From positions 1,920,001 through 1,952,000 of the forward strand of contig NC_010546.1 in assembly GCF_000017845.1 (NCBI RefSeq): a stretch of 32,000 bases of DNA. Reading direction: 5' to 3'. The notes under the pieces were generated by a model. The model was not told where the DNA came from, ran no database searches, and was given only the letters and a program-made list of their open reading frames with translations. Positions 1 to 7,843 of the stretch are shown here, in pieces (the first letter of the stretch is position 1; every line of letters starts with the position of its first letter). Position numbers and translations under genes: made by a program. The DNA comes from Crocosphaera subtropica ATCC 51142. Lineage in GTDB: Bacteria > Cyanobacteriota > Cyanobacteriia > Cyanobacteriales > Microcystaceae.

Positions 1-1523
1 TAAGTAGGGGAAAGGGTGCGATCATCGAATTCTACCGAAGCGTTCTCAAAACGCGAATCTTCGTATTTCAGGGCTTTTAATTCTCCGTAGTGGGTAGTCG
101 CAATGGTTAACTGTGCGTGATCGGCTAAATGGTGCAATAAGGCGATGGCCAAGGCACTTCCTTCGGCCGGATCGGTTCCTGCGCCCACTTCGTCGAGGAG
201 TATTAGGGATGGGTGTGGGGTGTGGGGTGTTTCAGATAAAACTGTTTTCTGTTCCCCTCCCCCATTAGTAAGGGGAGGATCACCTGTTCCCTCCAACGCT
301 TCTAAAATACGAACAATGCGACGAATATGACCGGAAAAGGTGGATAAATTTTGTTCGATGGACTGTTCGTCGCCAATATCAGCTAAAATTTGCTCAAACC
401 AAGGGAGTTCTACGGGTTCTTTGGCCGGCACAAATAAGCCAACTTTGGCCATCAACGCAGCTAACCCCACGGTTTTGAGGGTAACGGTTTTTCCGCCAGT
501 GTTAGGGCCTGTGATAGCAATTACCCGAATATCTGGATTAATCTGTACATTGATAGGAACTACAGGTGATCCTTGTTCGTGTCTTTCTTGCCAAACTAAT
601 AAGGGATGGTGTAACTGTCTGAGGGTGATAGTTTCTGTGTCTTCTATAAATCTGGGGGCGTTTCCGCCTAACCAAAAGCTATAGCGGGCCCTAGCGGTAG
701 CTAAGTCAAGAACAGTGGCGATGGCGAGTAAATACTCTAAATCTTCGGCTACCTCGGCTACTTGTTCGGTCAAGCTGCGTAAAATGGCTTCTTCTTCTCT
801 TTCTTCTTGTCGCAAGTATTGACGGCGTTTATTGCCCATCTGTACAACGGAGTTGGGTTCGATGTAAAAGGTTCCCCCTGTGCCGGATGTATCGTGAATA
901 ATTCCTGGAATTTGCTCTTTTTGCCCTGCTTTGACGGGAAGGACAAAGCGATCGCCCCGTTGAGTAATCACGGTTTCTTGGATCGCTCCTCCTTTTTGCT
1001 GCATAATATTTTGCAGTTTCTCATAGATGCGATCCCGAATCTCCTTCAGATTATGACGGATTTCTCCTAGTTTGGGACTGGCGCGATCGGCGACTTTTCC
1101 AGCTTCATCGATGCAGTGATGAATAGCTTTTTCCAGTTCGGGATAGGTCCGAATATCAGCTACTAAGTCGGTTAAAACGGGTAAGTCTTCACAATCATCA
1201 ATAATTCTCCTTAATCGTCGCATTCCTGCCAAAGTTGTGGCAATGTTTAGCAGTTCCTGTCCTGAGAGGTTACCCTTTAAGGTTGCTCTTGTGAGGGAAT
1301 CTCCCACATCGGTTATTCCTTCAAAAGTCCATTTTATTTCTAAATTCTGCTCTAAACCGTAAATTTCTTGAGTTTGGGCTAAAAGTTCTTTACTTTCTTG
1401 CAAACTGGTCGGAATCGGTAAGTTACGGGCTGCTGTTGCACCCATTTTTGTGGCTGCAAAGGTGGCTAACTGCTGGCAAAGGCGATGCCATTCTAATAAG
1501 TTTAAAGTTTCTTTGTAAATCAC
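1..1523 (-). CDS. mutS2: Endonuclease MutS2, N-terminal ~507 codons (3' end runs off the window start)
   Basis: Absent from the ORF track because there is no stop inside the window. My reverse-strand translation from GTG at 1521-1523 (in-frame TAG 6 nt upstream) reads VIYKETLNLLEWHRLCQQLA... It continues through Walker A ITGPNTGGKTVTLKTVGL, Walker B SLILLDEVGAGTDPAEGSALA, and TTHYGELK...SVEFDDRTLSPTY, open to position 1. The + strand track ORFs 145-330, 340-684 and 807-1070 are antisense shadows. Confidence 0.85.
   Translation of the reverse strand, partial: MIYKETLNLLEWHRLCQQLATFAATKMGATAARNLPIPTSLQESKELLAQTQEIYGLEQNLEIKWTFEGITDVGDSLTRATLKGNLSGQELLNIATTLAGMRRLRRIIDDCEDLPVLTDLVADIRTYPELEKAIHHCIDEAGKVADRASPKLGEIRHNLKEIRDRIYEKLQNIMQQKGGAIQETVITQRGDRFVLPVKAGQKEQIPGIIHDTSGTGGTFYIEPNSVVQMGNKRRQYLRQEEREEEAILRSLTEQVAEVAEDLEYLLAIATVLDLATARARYSFWLGGNAPRFIEDTETITLRQLHHPLLVWQERHEQGSPVVPINVQINPDIRVIAITGPNTGGKTVTLKTVGLAALMAKVGLFVPAKEPVELPWFEQILADIGDEQSIEQNLSTFSGHIRRIVRILEALEGTGDPPLTNGGGEQKTVLSETPHTPHPSLILLDEVGAGTDPAEGSALAIALLHHLADHAQLTIATTHYGELKALKYEDSRFENASVEFDDRTLSPT
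211..231 (-). repeat. Three tandem copies of heptamer GGGTGTG (third copy GGGTGTT) inside the mutS2 coding sequence
   Basis: Read directly: gggtgtg gggtgtg gggtgtt at 211-231. On the coding strand it encodes (T)PHTPHP within a 27-codon segment that precedes Walker B. Confidence 0.9.
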
Positions 1524-1631
1524 GTTCTATTAAACTAAAAAACCCATAAATTTTATGAGCTAATTTTGTTTATTATGGTAATTGAATTCATAGATATTCG
1601 TCAACTCATTGCTTAATAATATATATAGAGG

Positions 1632-1658
1632 GATAATACCCATCCATAGGGTATTATC
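1632..1658 (-). terminator. Candidate intrinsic terminator hairpin downstream of the coiled-coil gene pair
   Basis: Perfect 10-bp stem GATAATACCC (1632-1641) / GGGTATTATC (1649-1658) with a 7-nt loop, 37 nt past the stop of the 1695-2003 gene. On the minus strand it is followed by an A/T-rich tract (TCTATATATATTATT), not a clean U-run. Confidence 0.4.
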
Positions 1659-1694
1659 TCCAATGCTAGGGATTAAAATCTAGCTGATATATGT

Positions 1695-2003
1695 CTATTG
1701 AAACTTTTTACTAGCATTTTCAAAGGAGGTTTGTAGGTCTTGCCAAGCTAACTCAAATCCAGTTTGAATGTCTTTCCAAGCATCCTCCCCTGCTTGTTGC
1801 AGTTCCTTTAATTTATCAAAGGCCTCATCTCTTTTTGTGGTTAATTCTTCAATTTGATTCTGATATTGAATTTCTGTATCAGCTTTTGCTTGTCTAGCTT
1901 TGGCTTTCAGTTCATCAATTTGAGCGTTTAACTTATCTAATTCAGCTTTAACTCTTTCTTGATAAGCTTGTTTACTTAAGTTGGTAGGTGTTTGAGTAGT
2001 CAT
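1695..2003 (-). CDS. Small coiled-coil protein (102 aa), copy B of a tandem duplicate; function unknown
   Basis: Track ORF. Heptad-rich, charged, helical sequence (AELDKLNAQIDELKAKARQAKADTEIQYQNQIEELTTKRDEAFDKLKELQ). GGAC/AGAGGA-type RBS upstream. 94/102 residues identical to the 2111-2419 product. Confidence 0.75.
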   Translation of the reverse strand: MTTQTPTNLSKQAYQERVKAELDKLNAQIDELKAKARQAKADTEIQYQNQIEELTTKRDEAFDKLKELQQAGEDAWKDIQTGFELAWQDLQTSFENASKKFQ

Positions 2004-2110
2004 ATATTTTTGTCCTCTTTATTATCAACGTTTCTGGGGGTTCAAGTAAAGGCTTAATCGAAGATTAAACCTATTACTTGAGGGAGAGTCAATCTCAAAA
2101 AATTAAAGTC

Positions 2111-2419
2111 TTACTGAAACTTGTTGATGGCATTTTCAAAAGATGTTTGCAAGTCCTTCCAAGCTAATTCAAATCCGGTTTGGATATCTTTCCAAGCATC
2201 TTCTCCTGCTTCTTGTAGTTCTTCTAATTTCTTGAAGGCTGCGTCTCTTTTTGTGGTTAATTCTTCAATTTGATTCTGATATTGAATTTCCGTATCAGCT
2301 TTTGCTTGTTGAGCTTTAGCTTTCAGTTCGTCAATTTGAGCGTTTAACTTATCTAGTTCAGCTTTGACTCTTTCTTGGTAAGCTTGTTTACTTAAGTTAG
2401 TAGGTGTTTGGGTAGTCAT
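2111..2419 (-). CDS. Small coiled-coil protein (102 aa), copy A of a tandem duplicate; function unknown
   Basis: Track ORF. It differs from copy B at 8 positions, all in the C-terminal two thirds. AGGAGAA RBS upstream. Confidence 0.75.
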   Translation of the reverse strand: MTTQTPTNLSKQAYQERVKAELDKLNAQIDELKAKAQQAKADTEIQYQNQIEELTTKRDAAFKKLEELQEAGEDAWKDIQTGFELAWKDLQTSFENAINKFQ

Positions 2420-2479
2420 ATATTTTTATTCTCCTTAAAATATTGGGTCGACAAAGTTTTATGGTTTTTCAATAAGTAA

Positions 2480-2806
2480 TTAACTCACACTAAAAGCAAT
2501 ACAAATTAAACTAATAACAAAGGTTGCAGCTAAACCACCCAAAATAATGTAAGCATATTGTTCTCTGGGAGTAGGATAGGTTGCTGCGGTCATAGGAGGT
2601 GTCACAGGATAATTATTAATCAATCCTTCCTGGTCAACGGTATACCCTTCTGTCGTCGGGGCATCTTCTTGGTTAATTTCTTTTCTTTTTTCTTTTTGGG
2701 TTCCTTCTCTTTCTCTTCTGGCTGCAACGTCAGCTGGAATTAGCTCACTACCGTCACTAACGTCATTATTTAAGGTTTTTGTGTCAATTTCTGGGTTGTT
2801 TGCCAT
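2480..2806 (-). CDS. Tail-anchored small membrane protein (108 aa from the preferred start), acidic/charged N-terminal region; unknown function
   Basis: Track ORF 2480-2833. I prefer the ATG at 2804-2806 (MANNPEID...) because a GGAGAA RBS sits 7 nt upstream (2814-2819 on the complement). Single C-terminal TM helix YAYIILGGLAATFVISLICIAF. Same strand as, and 60 bp upstream of, the coiled-coil genes. Confidence 0.65.
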   Translation of the reverse strand: MANNPEIDTKTLNNDVSDGSELIPADVAARREREGTQKEKRKEINQEDAPTTEGYTVDQEGLINNYPVTPPMTAATYPTPREQYAYIILGGLAATFVISLICIAFSVS

Positions 2807-2887
2807 AATTGATTCTCCTAAGTTTACAAACACTAGGCTTTACGCCTGTTATTACTATCATAGGACAATATTTATACTTTGTCAAGT

Positions 2888-2991
2888 TTTTGTACTAACA
2901 AAATACAAAATAAGTACATTCACCGTGTGACAAACAAAAATATGATGTTATGATCTTGTTAAGACAAGTAAAGGACAATGTTAGTACAAAA
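2888..2991. promoter_or_regulatory. Pair of perfect 13-bp inverted-repeat arms in the divergent intergenic region (candidate operator for the RHH protein)
   Basis: TTTTGTACTAACA at 2888-2900 and its exact reverse complement TGTTAGTACAAAA at 2979-2991, 78 bp apart. The left arm lies just downstream of a TTGTCA -35-like hexamer (2879-2884). The right arm ends 6 nt before the RHH ATG. Confidence 0.4.
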
Positions 2992-2996
2992 GAGAT

Positions 2997-3173
2997 ATGG
3001 CTAGAACAAAACCAAGGTCTGATAAAGTCTTAACCATTCGCCTTCCTGAGAGGGACTTATTGCGCTTAGAGTCGTATTGTATGGCCGATGGTAAGACCAA
3101 GACAGAAGTAATTAGACAGTTTATTCACAGTTTACCTGTAAAAGAAAGTTCAACGACAGAACAAGCAGGGTGA
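2997..3173 (+). CDS. Ribbon-helix-helix (CopG/MetJ-like) DNA-binding protein, 58 aa
   Basis: Below the track size cutoff, so translated by hand: MARTKPRSDKVLTIRLPERDLLRLESYCMADGKTKTEVIRQFIHSLPVKESSTTEQAG*. The pattern is beta strand (VLTIRLPE), then helix (LLRLESYC), a turn, then helix (TKTEVIRQFI), which is typical of RHH. Divergent from the TM/coiled-coil operon. Confidence 0.6.
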   Translation: MARTKPRSDKVLTIRLPERDLLRLESYCMADGKTKTEVIRQFIHSLPVKESSTTEQAG

Positions 3174-3200
3174 TTTTGAGTAGGGTGATTTTGAGTAGGG
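3167..3200. repeat. Tandem direct repeat, 15-mer AGGGTGATTTTGAGT x2 plus a partial third copy
   Basis: Read directly: agggtgattttgagt agggtgattttgagt aggg. The first copy contains the TGA stop (3171-3173) of the RHH gene. Confidence 0.9.
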
Positions 3201-3361
3201 AGCGGGGAGAAATGATTGATATATCGTCCCTCCGTCATCCCGTCACCTATTCCAACGTGAGTTCGGAGGTCGAAGTTAGAATTTTTTTAAGGAAGGAATC
3301 AGGGTTTGAGACTTCTTGTTGGTTGTCAGTTTTCCATAGATTCTCTTCCGTCGAACTCAGG

Positions 3362-4813
3362 TTATTCCAAAAGGGTTTTAACCCTTCCATTAGGAATTAA
3401 AACTAGGCGAATGGTTTGATTACTGGACGTTTCAAGAGGAGAAACAAACTGAGAGCCAGGGGTAGGGAAAGGAATTTGAGAATGATAAATAGAGGCCGAA
3501 CGACCTAGGGGAACGGTTTGTTTAAGGGAACCGTCTTCCTGGACAATTAAACGATATTCTAAAGTTTGTTCTAGATTTTGAGGAGGTTGCCAGCGTTGCT
3601 GAAAATATTGACGCACTTCAGCCACTTGAGGAATAGCATCCAGGAGAGTCGTTTCTGGGGGCGGTTTCGGGGTAATTTTAGCCTCTGGAGACAATAACTC
3701 ATCAGGAATGGTGACTTGATCTCGATCCCTGGTTGCTCCTGACGGTAGAGATGATGTTGTCCTCCTATTCGGAGCTTTAGCTTGTAATGTGGGAGGTGAC
3801 GGTAAAGTAGGGTTTTGAATCAGTTGGTTTACCTGTTCTGGGGATAAACCTGGCATAACAATAGGGGTTTCTCCATTGGGCAACAGGTGCTGTGGAACTG
3901 GTTCAACTGTCCCGGAGGCATTAGACTGGGCAGTATTGGGTTTTGGAGGAGCCGGAGGGGCTCCTGGTGGTGGGGGCAGGACTCGTAACGGAGGGGCTTG
4001 AATGGCTACATTAGGGTTTCTAGGTGGAGGGGTTCCTTGACCAATTTCTCCAGGGGGGGGTAAGGGGTCACGATTAGCCAAGGAGGGGGCTAAGGAAGGG
4101 GTTGGAAGGGGAGTTTTTGGGGGTGGTGGTACAGGGGGTGACACATTCAAAAAAGGAAGGGTACTGTCTGCGTTTTCTGTGGTGTCATCGGCAGGGTTAT
4201 CCGTTGTCGTCAGTTGTCTAAACCACTTCACCCCAACTGTAGGAATAAGGATGGCGAGTACAGCAACTGTGCCAGTTGCTATCCAAACCCCTAAACTTTT
4301 CTTTAACGGAGTGGTTTTGCCCTGAGCGAGAGTAACAATGGTGTTATTGTAAGCTTCTAGGGCGTTAACCAGGTCAAACAGTTGGGACACACTTAAACTA
4401 ACAGAAGAATGAGACGCTTGAGCAGCTAATGATCCCAAGGTAAGATGATGAGTAAGTAGGCCTTGAGAAGATAGGGAAGGGGGTGTGATCCCTTCTGTGT
4501 CTCCTATGTCTTGTGGTCCTGGAAATAATTGTTTGTTGTCTGTGCCTTTTATGTAAAAGGCGGTTTTATGGAGAAAATTTTTAACATAGGTTTGGACAAC
4601 GTTGCATAGTAATTCCAACTGAATGCGATCGCCTTTAATCGTCACTTGCTCTTCTTCTAGCAGTCGGGGATCGTCAAATTGCAGTTCAAATTCAATGTTA
4701 TCTAAGGATATCAATTCTCCCCAACGGGATAATAAAGGGCGTTTATCCCATAATTTGAGGGTACAAGTAGGAGGGGTATAGGTTTGGAGGGGGGTATTAT
4801 GGAATAACATCAT
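3362..4813 (-). CDS. DUF4335-like cyanobacterial protein: conserved N-domain, central TM helix, long proline-rich linker, C-terminal domain
   Basis: Track ORF of 483 aa. N-terminus ...TYTPPTCTLKLWDKRPLLSRW...LQFDDPRL matches my recollection of DUF4335. TM helix VWIATGTVAVLAILIPTVGV. Pro-rich tracts PPVPPPPKTPLPTPSLAPS and LPPPPGAPPAPPKP. Adjacent to a DUF3038-like gene, as is usual in cyanobacteria. Confidence 0.6.
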   Translation of the reverse strand: MMLFHNTPLQTYTPPTCTLKLWDKRPLLSRWGELISLDNIEFELQFDDPRLLEEEQVTIKGDRIQLELLCNVVQTYVKNFLHKTAFYIKGTDNKQLFPGPQDIGDTEGITPPSLSSQGLLTHHLTLGSLAAQASHSSVSLSVSQLFDLVNALEAYNNTIVTLAQGKTTPLKKSLGVWIATGTVAVLAILIPTVGVKWFRQLTTTDNPADDTTENADSTLPFLNVSPPVPPPPKTPLPTPSLAPSLANRDPLPPPGEIGQGTPPPRNPNVAIQAPPLRVLPPPPGAPPAPPKPNTAQSNASGTVEPVPQHLLPNGETPIVMPGLSPEQVNQLIQNPTLPSPPTLQAKAPNRRTTSSLPSGATRDRDQVTIPDELLSPEAKITPKPPPETTLLDAIPQVAEVRQYFQQRWQPPQNLEQTLEYRLIVQEDGSLKQTVPLGRSASIYHSQIPFPTPGSQFVSPLETSSNQTIRLVLIPNGRVKTLLE

Positions 4814-4885
4814 ACAATCGGTTTAAATATAATTAAAAATGAATTGATCGGCAAACTTTAATTATTAATAACGGTTTAGATTTTA

Positions 4886-5452
4886 TCAAGATCGATAATC
4901 TAGCAAAGCTAACCACAAACGATCATAGCCATTGTCTTCGCTGTAGAATAATAGGTCAATTAATAATTTAGAGGCTAATTCTACTTGTTGGTTGGGTAAG
5001 AGTTTAGGGTGATCCGCTCTTTTTGAATAAAAGTCCTTAAAATTTTCTAAATAATTGCCTAATAAGGTGGTTTGTGCTGGATCTTTATGTTGTACTGTCA
5101 TTTGTTCTAGAAGAGTAACAGCACGGCGAATTAATTCTTGATGTTGTTGGTTAATGTAGCAAAGAATGAGAATTAGCGATCGCAGTTGTTCAACGGTAAA
5201 GCTGTTTAGGGGGTGATTTTCCTGGGTTGTGTCTCGGTTGGACCACAGGTGTACTTTTTCCACTAAAGTGGTGTTAACGTCTAAGTCAAGGGCTGCTTGT
5301 AGAAGCATATCTGCATCGATAGGGATCAAACACTCGCTGGCCAACAAAACTAAATCCAGATGGGTTTGCATCTGATAAAGTTGTTGTGGGGTGGGTGGGT
5401 TGGTGAGGGGTGTATCTCCCCAAGTCGGAACTGACTGAGACATTTTAACCAC
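4886..5452 (-). CDS. DUF3038-like conserved cyanobacterial protein (188 aa)
   Basis: Track ORF. Helical protein. The family call rests on recollection and on the conserved pairing with DUF4335. The start could be the ATG three codons downstream (MSQSVPTW...). Confidence 0.5.
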   Translation of the reverse strand: MVKMSQSVPTWGDTPLTNPPTPQQLYQMQTHLDLVLLASECLIPIDADMLLQAALDLDVNTTLVEKVHLWSNRDTTQENHPLNSFTVEQLRSLILILCYINQQHQELIRRAVTLLEQMTVQHKDPAQTTLLGNYLENFKDFYSKRADHPKLLPNQQVELASKLLIDLLFYSEDNGYDRLWLALLDYRS

Positions 5453-5525
5453 TGTGGACAGACAATAATATGTTTCGTCCTTAATATAGCAATCTTTCTA
5501 AGATATAGATGATTAGGAGTATTTT

Positions 5526-7094
5526 ATGAGTCTAGAAGCTAGTGCTGCTGATGTAGCTATTAAAGAAAATTTAGAACAATTTTTAGTCGTTTTATCGGTT
5601 TCTTTGAGTGTCGCCACAATTTCTCGAATTTTTTCTTGGTTCCGACAAATTCCTTACACCCTTTTACTGGTAATTGTTGGCTTAGGATTAGCATTTGTGG
5701 ATGTTCGTTTGGTTAATCTTTCTCCTGAATTAATCTTAGAAATTTTCTTACCCCCTTTATTGTTTGAAGCTGCTTGGAACATTCGCTGGCGAGAGTTAAA
5801 AGAAAATTGGATTCCTGTTGTCTTATTTGCGGTTATTGGGGTTATTATTTCGGTTCTTGGTATTGCTTTGGCGTTGAGTCAATTAACCCATTTAGCTTTA
5901 CCCATTGCTTTATTAGTGGGGGCAAGTTTATCGGCCACTGATCCGGTTTCTGTGGTAGCTTTATTCCGAGAATTAGGGGCAAGTAAAAAGTTAACCGTAT
6001 TGATGGAAGGGGAGAGTTTATTTAATGATGGGGTGGCGGTTGTTGCTTTCTTATTATTGGTGGGAATACCGTTAGGAACCGAAGTATTTTCTGTGACGGA
6101 TACGGTAGTTAGTTTTTTTAAGTTTGTTGGCATCGGTATCGGTTTGGGCTGTTTAGTAGGCTTTGGTATTTCCTATTTAACCCAACGGTTTGATCTGCCT
6201 TTAGTTGAACAATCTTTAACCTTAGTGTCTGCCTATGGGACTTATTTAATCACGGAAGAATTAGGGGGGTCTGGGGTTATTTCTGTGGTAACGGTTGGTA
6301 TTATTTTAGGTAACTTTGGTTCTCGCATTGGCATGAATCCCAGAACGAGATTATTAGTGTCTGAATTTTGGGAATTCTTAGCATTTTTTGTTAATTCTAT
6401 TGTCTTTTTATTAATTGGGGATCAAATTCAGTTTGATAGTTTAAGTGATAATTTAGACCTAATTGCGATTGCTATTCTTGCGGTTTTAGTAACTCGCTTT
6501 ATTGGTATTTATGGATTGGCAAATTTGAGTAATGTTCTGACAAAAGTTGATATTAGTTTACCCGAACAAACAGTACTTTGGTGGGGAGGGTTAAGAGGTT
6601 CGGTTTCCATTGCCTTGGCGTTAAGTGTTCCTGTATCTTTAAGTGGAAGACAAGATATTATTGATACGGTGTTTGGTGTGGTTTTATTTACCCTATTAAT
6701 TCAAGGATTAAGTACACAATGGGTACTGAAAAAATTAGATTTAGTAGGAGATCAACCCTTACGTCAGGAATATTCAGAATTATTAGCAAGAAAAATTGCA
6801 TTAGGACGAGTGATTGACCATTTTCAAACGTTAGACGAATCTCCAAGTATTAACTCAGAATTTTATCGCTATGAAAAAGAATTAGTCACAGGACAATTAA
6901 AATCGATCGAAGAAAAAATAGCTGATTTTCAACAAAAATATCCTCAGTTAGAATCCATTGCTATGCAACAACTCAAACAAACATTATTAGACATCGAAGC
7001 GGATACTTATGCTGAGTTAATTCGTAATGGAAAATTAGGTAAAAATCTCTCTCCTATTGTGTTAGAAATTTTAACTGAAAGTAGTGAACATTAA
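5526..7094 (+). CDS. Na+/H+ antiporter, CPA1 family (NhaP/NhaS1-like), with cytoplasmic C-terminal tail
   Basis: Track ORF of 522 aa. About 11-12 hydrophobic segments, the CPA1 signature SATDPVSV, ESLFNDG and WGGLRGSVSIALAL, then a ~120-aa soluble tail. Confidence 0.85.
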   Translation: MSLEASAADVAIKENLEQFLVVLSVSLSVATISRIFSWFRQIPYTLLLVIVGLGLAFVDVRLVNLSPELILEIFLPPLLFEAAWNIRWRELKENWIPVVLFAVIGVIISVLGIALALSQLTHLALPIALLVGASLSATDPVSVVALFRELGASKKLTVLMEGESLFNDGVAVVAFLLLVGIPLGTEVFSVTDTVVSFFKFVGIGIGLGCLVGFGISYLTQRFDLPLVEQSLTLVSAYGTYLITEELGGSGVISVVTVGIILGNFGSRIGMNPRTRLLVSEFWEFLAFFVNSIVFLLIGDQIQFDSLSDNLDLIAIAILAVLVTRFIGIYGLANLSNVLTKVDISLPEQTVLWWGGLRGSVSIALALSVPVSLSGRQDIIDTVFGVVLFTLLIQGLSTQWVLKKLDLVGDQPLRQEYSELLARKIALGRVIDHFQTLDESPSINSEFYRYEKELVTGQLKSIEEKIADFQQKYPQLESIAMQQLKQTLLDIEADTYAELIRNGKLGKNLSPIVLEILTESSEH

Positions 7095-7106
7095 TTAGTT
7101 ATCAGT

Positions 7107-7838
7107 TTAATCTAATTCAGTATTAATTAATACAAATCCCCTCGTTTTCTTAGAAACAGAATCAATGGTGTTGGTAGCTTTCCAAAGGTCTTCCGCTTTC
7201 ACCCAAACGGGGGGATATTTGTAACGAGAAACATCTAAAATTAAAAAGCGATCGCTTTGTTCATTATAGGCTGCAATGGGGGAAATATGACCCCCTCTTT
7301 CTTGTCCAATGGTAGACCGTAAATAGTTAACTAAAACAAAATTATTTTCTTGTTTTAAATTATTAATAATCCGTTGGCGAAACTCTGGTAGACTGACTTC
7401 ATTTCCATGATAAACCTCAACCTCAACGGGATAACTTTTCAATAAACCTGCTAATTCTTGTAAGGTCATTCCTTGTCGAGAAACGGTTTCTTTTGTAATA
7501 ATACTTTCTGTTTTTGGATTATCAAAAACATTATCTTGAGTAAAGCGATGATACATCACCCATTCTGTCGCTTTTGGTGCAGGTATAGACAAAGCATTTA
7601 ATACCATAACTATACTTGCTACCCCACAAAACGCTAAGTTTTCTTGGGTTTCAAATTGAAGACTTAAGGGAATATAATCTTGACGAGCTTTACTTTCTAC
7701 TAATAAGGTTTCCCCTTGAGAAGAATTAAAATTAATCAAATTTTCAGCCAGGGGTAAACTAGTTTGGGCCAGGAGTTGACTAGGAACAAAACCAACTCCC
7801 AACAATAAAAGTTTTGCAATTAGCTTTTTAAGTTTCAT
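7107..7838 (-). CDS. Prokaryotic phytochelatin-synthase-like papain-fold enzyme (glutathione gamma-glutamylcysteinyl transferase/hydrolase, NsPCS type), secreted
   Basis: Track ORF of 243 aa. Signal peptide MKLKKLIAKLLLLGVGFVPSQLLAQ. Catalytic Cys context AFCGVASIVMVLNAL, His context GGHISPIAAY, Asp context LILDVSRYKYPPVWV, as in the Nostoc alr0975 family. Confidence 0.8.
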   Translation of the reverse strand: MKLKKLIAKLLLLGVGFVPSQLLAQTSLPLAENLINFNSSQGETLLVESKARQDYIPLSLQFETQENLAFCGVASIVMVLNALSIPAPKATEWVMYHRFTQDNVFDNPKTESIITKETVSRQGMTLQELAGLLKSYPVEVEVYHGNEVSLPEFRQRIINNLKQENNFVLVNYLRSTIGQERGGHISPIAAYNEQSDRFLILDVSRYKYPPVWVKAEDLWKATNTIDSVSKKTRGFVLINTELD

Positions 7839-7843
7839 TAATG

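Noticed and set aside
145-1070. Three + strand track ORFs (145-330, 340-684, 807-1070)
   Set aside because: They lie antisense to a continuous, motif-rich MutS2 reading frame on the minus strand. Their sequences are low-complexity and carry no recognisable motifs.
3170-3400. 76-aa ORF whose GTG overlaps the RHH stop (GTGA), suggesting an RHH-antitoxin/toxin pair
   Set aside because: Its first 12 codons are generated by the 15-bp tandem repeat. It has no RBS and no toxin-like motif, and it runs 39 nt into the 3' end of the convergent DUF4335 gene. It is more likely a by-product of the duplication.
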